In this document: positions 62,766 through 64,000 of the stretch, one piece after another | How positions within the stretch are numbered: the first letter of the stretch is position 1 | Layout: each line of letters starts with the position of its first letter | Assembly: GCA_038496445.1 (NCBI GenBank) | Contig: JALMLS010000027.1 | Location: 62,001-126,000, forward strand | Source: Trichosphaerium sp. ATCC 40318 | Taxonomy: Eukaryota > Protista > Tubulinea | DNA: 64,000 nucleotides | Direction of reading: 5' to 3' | Made by a program: the position numbers and the translations under genes | Notes under the pieces: generated by a model | What the model saw: only the letters and a program-made list of their open reading frames with translations | Databases searched by the model: none | Told to the model about the DNA's origin: nothing

Positions 62766-64000
62766 ATGGCACAACTGGAGTCCTCTTTGACAGCTATTCT
62801 TACGATGTCGGACGCAGCAGATGATAAAATTACAAAGGTAAACTTCGTTTTTCTTCAATCTGTTTTTTTGCTTGGCACGTGATATTTTGTACTTTTAAAC
62901 AACTAAGTGTGCCCTGGACACTATTTTCAAGAAATAATCGTCTAAGTGATGGAATATCTTGTTCTTTGTCATGAAGAAAACTAACTACTTCAAGCTGCAA
63001 CAACAGATTGACTCAAATAAGGAGATATTAATTCAGAACATTGATTCAGTTCTTGAAAGAGGAGAACGTATCGACAACCTTGTATGTCTTGCGCTGTTTT
63101 TTTAGTTTCATCCTTGTTTTACCGCGTATGAGACACGTGTAACATCATTGTAGGTGTGTCAAAGCGCGGACTTGAGTGTTTCAGCGAAGTCTTTTTATAA
63201 GAAATCTTCAAGCTTGAATTCCATTGGATTAGGCTTTTCTGGGTTTAATTGGGGATCTTCTACACCTAATATTAACGCACTTCTACCTGGTGTTGCCAAT
63301 ATAGATGGTAGCGTATTCGCACAGGAAAAATCAGCAAACCAAGATGCTGTAGATGGACTCATTACAGAGGTATACTTCCAATGTAGAATCTGTTGTTAAC
63401 CGATGATGTAGGGAGGTGATGTTGTTCGTGTAAAGGAAGTTAAAGTAGATGCGAATGTATTGGATATGGCTTCTTCAGTAAACGTCACACAAACTTACAT
63501 TAATCAATATGACACAGCCATAGAGACAAAGTATGTTTTGTTGGGTTTTTTTTGTAAGTACTTCATGTTTATATTCGCTAGATTTTCGTTCCCTCTTAAT
63601 GCTCTCGCTGCTGTATGTAAATTTACAGCAACGATCGATGGCCACGATATTGTCGGTGTTGTTCAAACTAAAGAGGAAGCAGAGGAGACTTATGATGATG
63701 CTCTTGCTGAAGGAAGAACAGCAGCTTTGATGCAAGAAGGTAAAAAAAACTTCACTCGAGAATCTTACATTTCTAATTGTTCTTTTAGAGGAGCCTGATG
63801 TTTTTGTCACATCTCTTGGCAATATACCACCTGGTGCTGAGGTTATTATAAAGATCACATATGTATCAGAGTTAGAGGTTGATGGAAAGGACATTAAATT
63901 CGTTCTACCTACAAGTGTAGCGCCAAGATATGCTCCTCCGGCTGATTTACAAACTCAGACATTGCCAAGTATTTCGAATGTTTTCTTTTCTATTGGCCTT
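62766..64000 (+). CDS. R-SNARE (synaptobrevin/VAMP7-like) motif fused to a VIT domain (VWA5A/PARP4-like); runs off the window
   Basis: DDKITK/LQQQIDSNKEILIQNIDSVLERGERIDNL/VCQSADLSVSAKSFYKKS is spliced in frame to GLITE/GGDVVRVKEVKVDANVLDMASSVNVTQTYIN...FSFPL...AAVCKFTATIDG...EAEETYDDALAEG...DVFVTSLGNIPPG...FVLPTSVAPRY. Confidence 0.85.

Noticed and set aside
12916-62882. Recurrent CACGTG/TCACGTGA palindromes (e.g. ~18342, 22438, 29257, 52826, 53785) as bHLH sites
   Set aside because: They occur in exons and introns as well as upstream regions, and ACGT is generally frequent here. Enrichment cannot be shown without a count against background.
1-64000. Prokaryotic operons, CRISPR array or defence island
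   Set aside because: Genes are spliced with GT-AG introns and are eukaryote-specific (SMC6, ECD, LAS1, Sec14). No regularly spaced repeat-spacer array was seen.
1-64000. Alternative genetic code or stop-codon readthrough as the cause of ORF fragmentation
   Set aside because: In the conserved genes I traced, the in-frame stops fall inside short GT/GC-AG introns, and TAA, TAG and TGA all end genes normally.

Overview
This is a gene-dense, AT-rich eukaryotic (protist) nuclear region, not a prokaryotic one. Genes are split by many short (~45-80 nt) GT-AG introns, often with a GTACG donor, so the ORF track shows only exon fragments. The gene content looks amoebozoan, but that is an inference. In order: the 3' ~12.7 kb of a giant type I membrane protein with ~30 bacterial-type Ig-like repeats; a PhnZ-like HD oxygenase; a protein with ~75-aa Trp-rich tandem repeats ending in a PD-(D/E)xK/Vsr/RAP-like nuclease domain (a paralogue lies at ~41 kb); an F-box-like protein; LAS1 head-to-head with a 2H phosphoesterase; a secreted CIA30-domain protein; two decayed tandem paralogues, one carrying a ~0.93 kb TA-flanked MITE; an FHA-PBZ-permuted macrodomain (APL-like) gene; an aegerolysin/actinoporin-like gene; a soluble (sAC/sGC-type) nucleotide cyclase whose last intron holds an intronless tRNA(GTA) with a His-like body; a small secreted Cys-rich protein; SMC6; Sec14-GOLD; ABCG; an intronless frameshifted F-box/MORN pseudogene; F-box/SPRY; ECD; a beta-hydroxyacid dehydrogenase; a ThiF/E1-like enzyme; an LRR protein; F1-ATPase delta; a DUF547 protein; and the start of an R-SNARE-VIT fusion gene. 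The best novelty candidates are the repeat-nuclease family, the R-SNARE-VIT fusion and the atypical intronic tRNA. Exon joins were made by eye, so internal boundaries are approximate, and no database searches were run.
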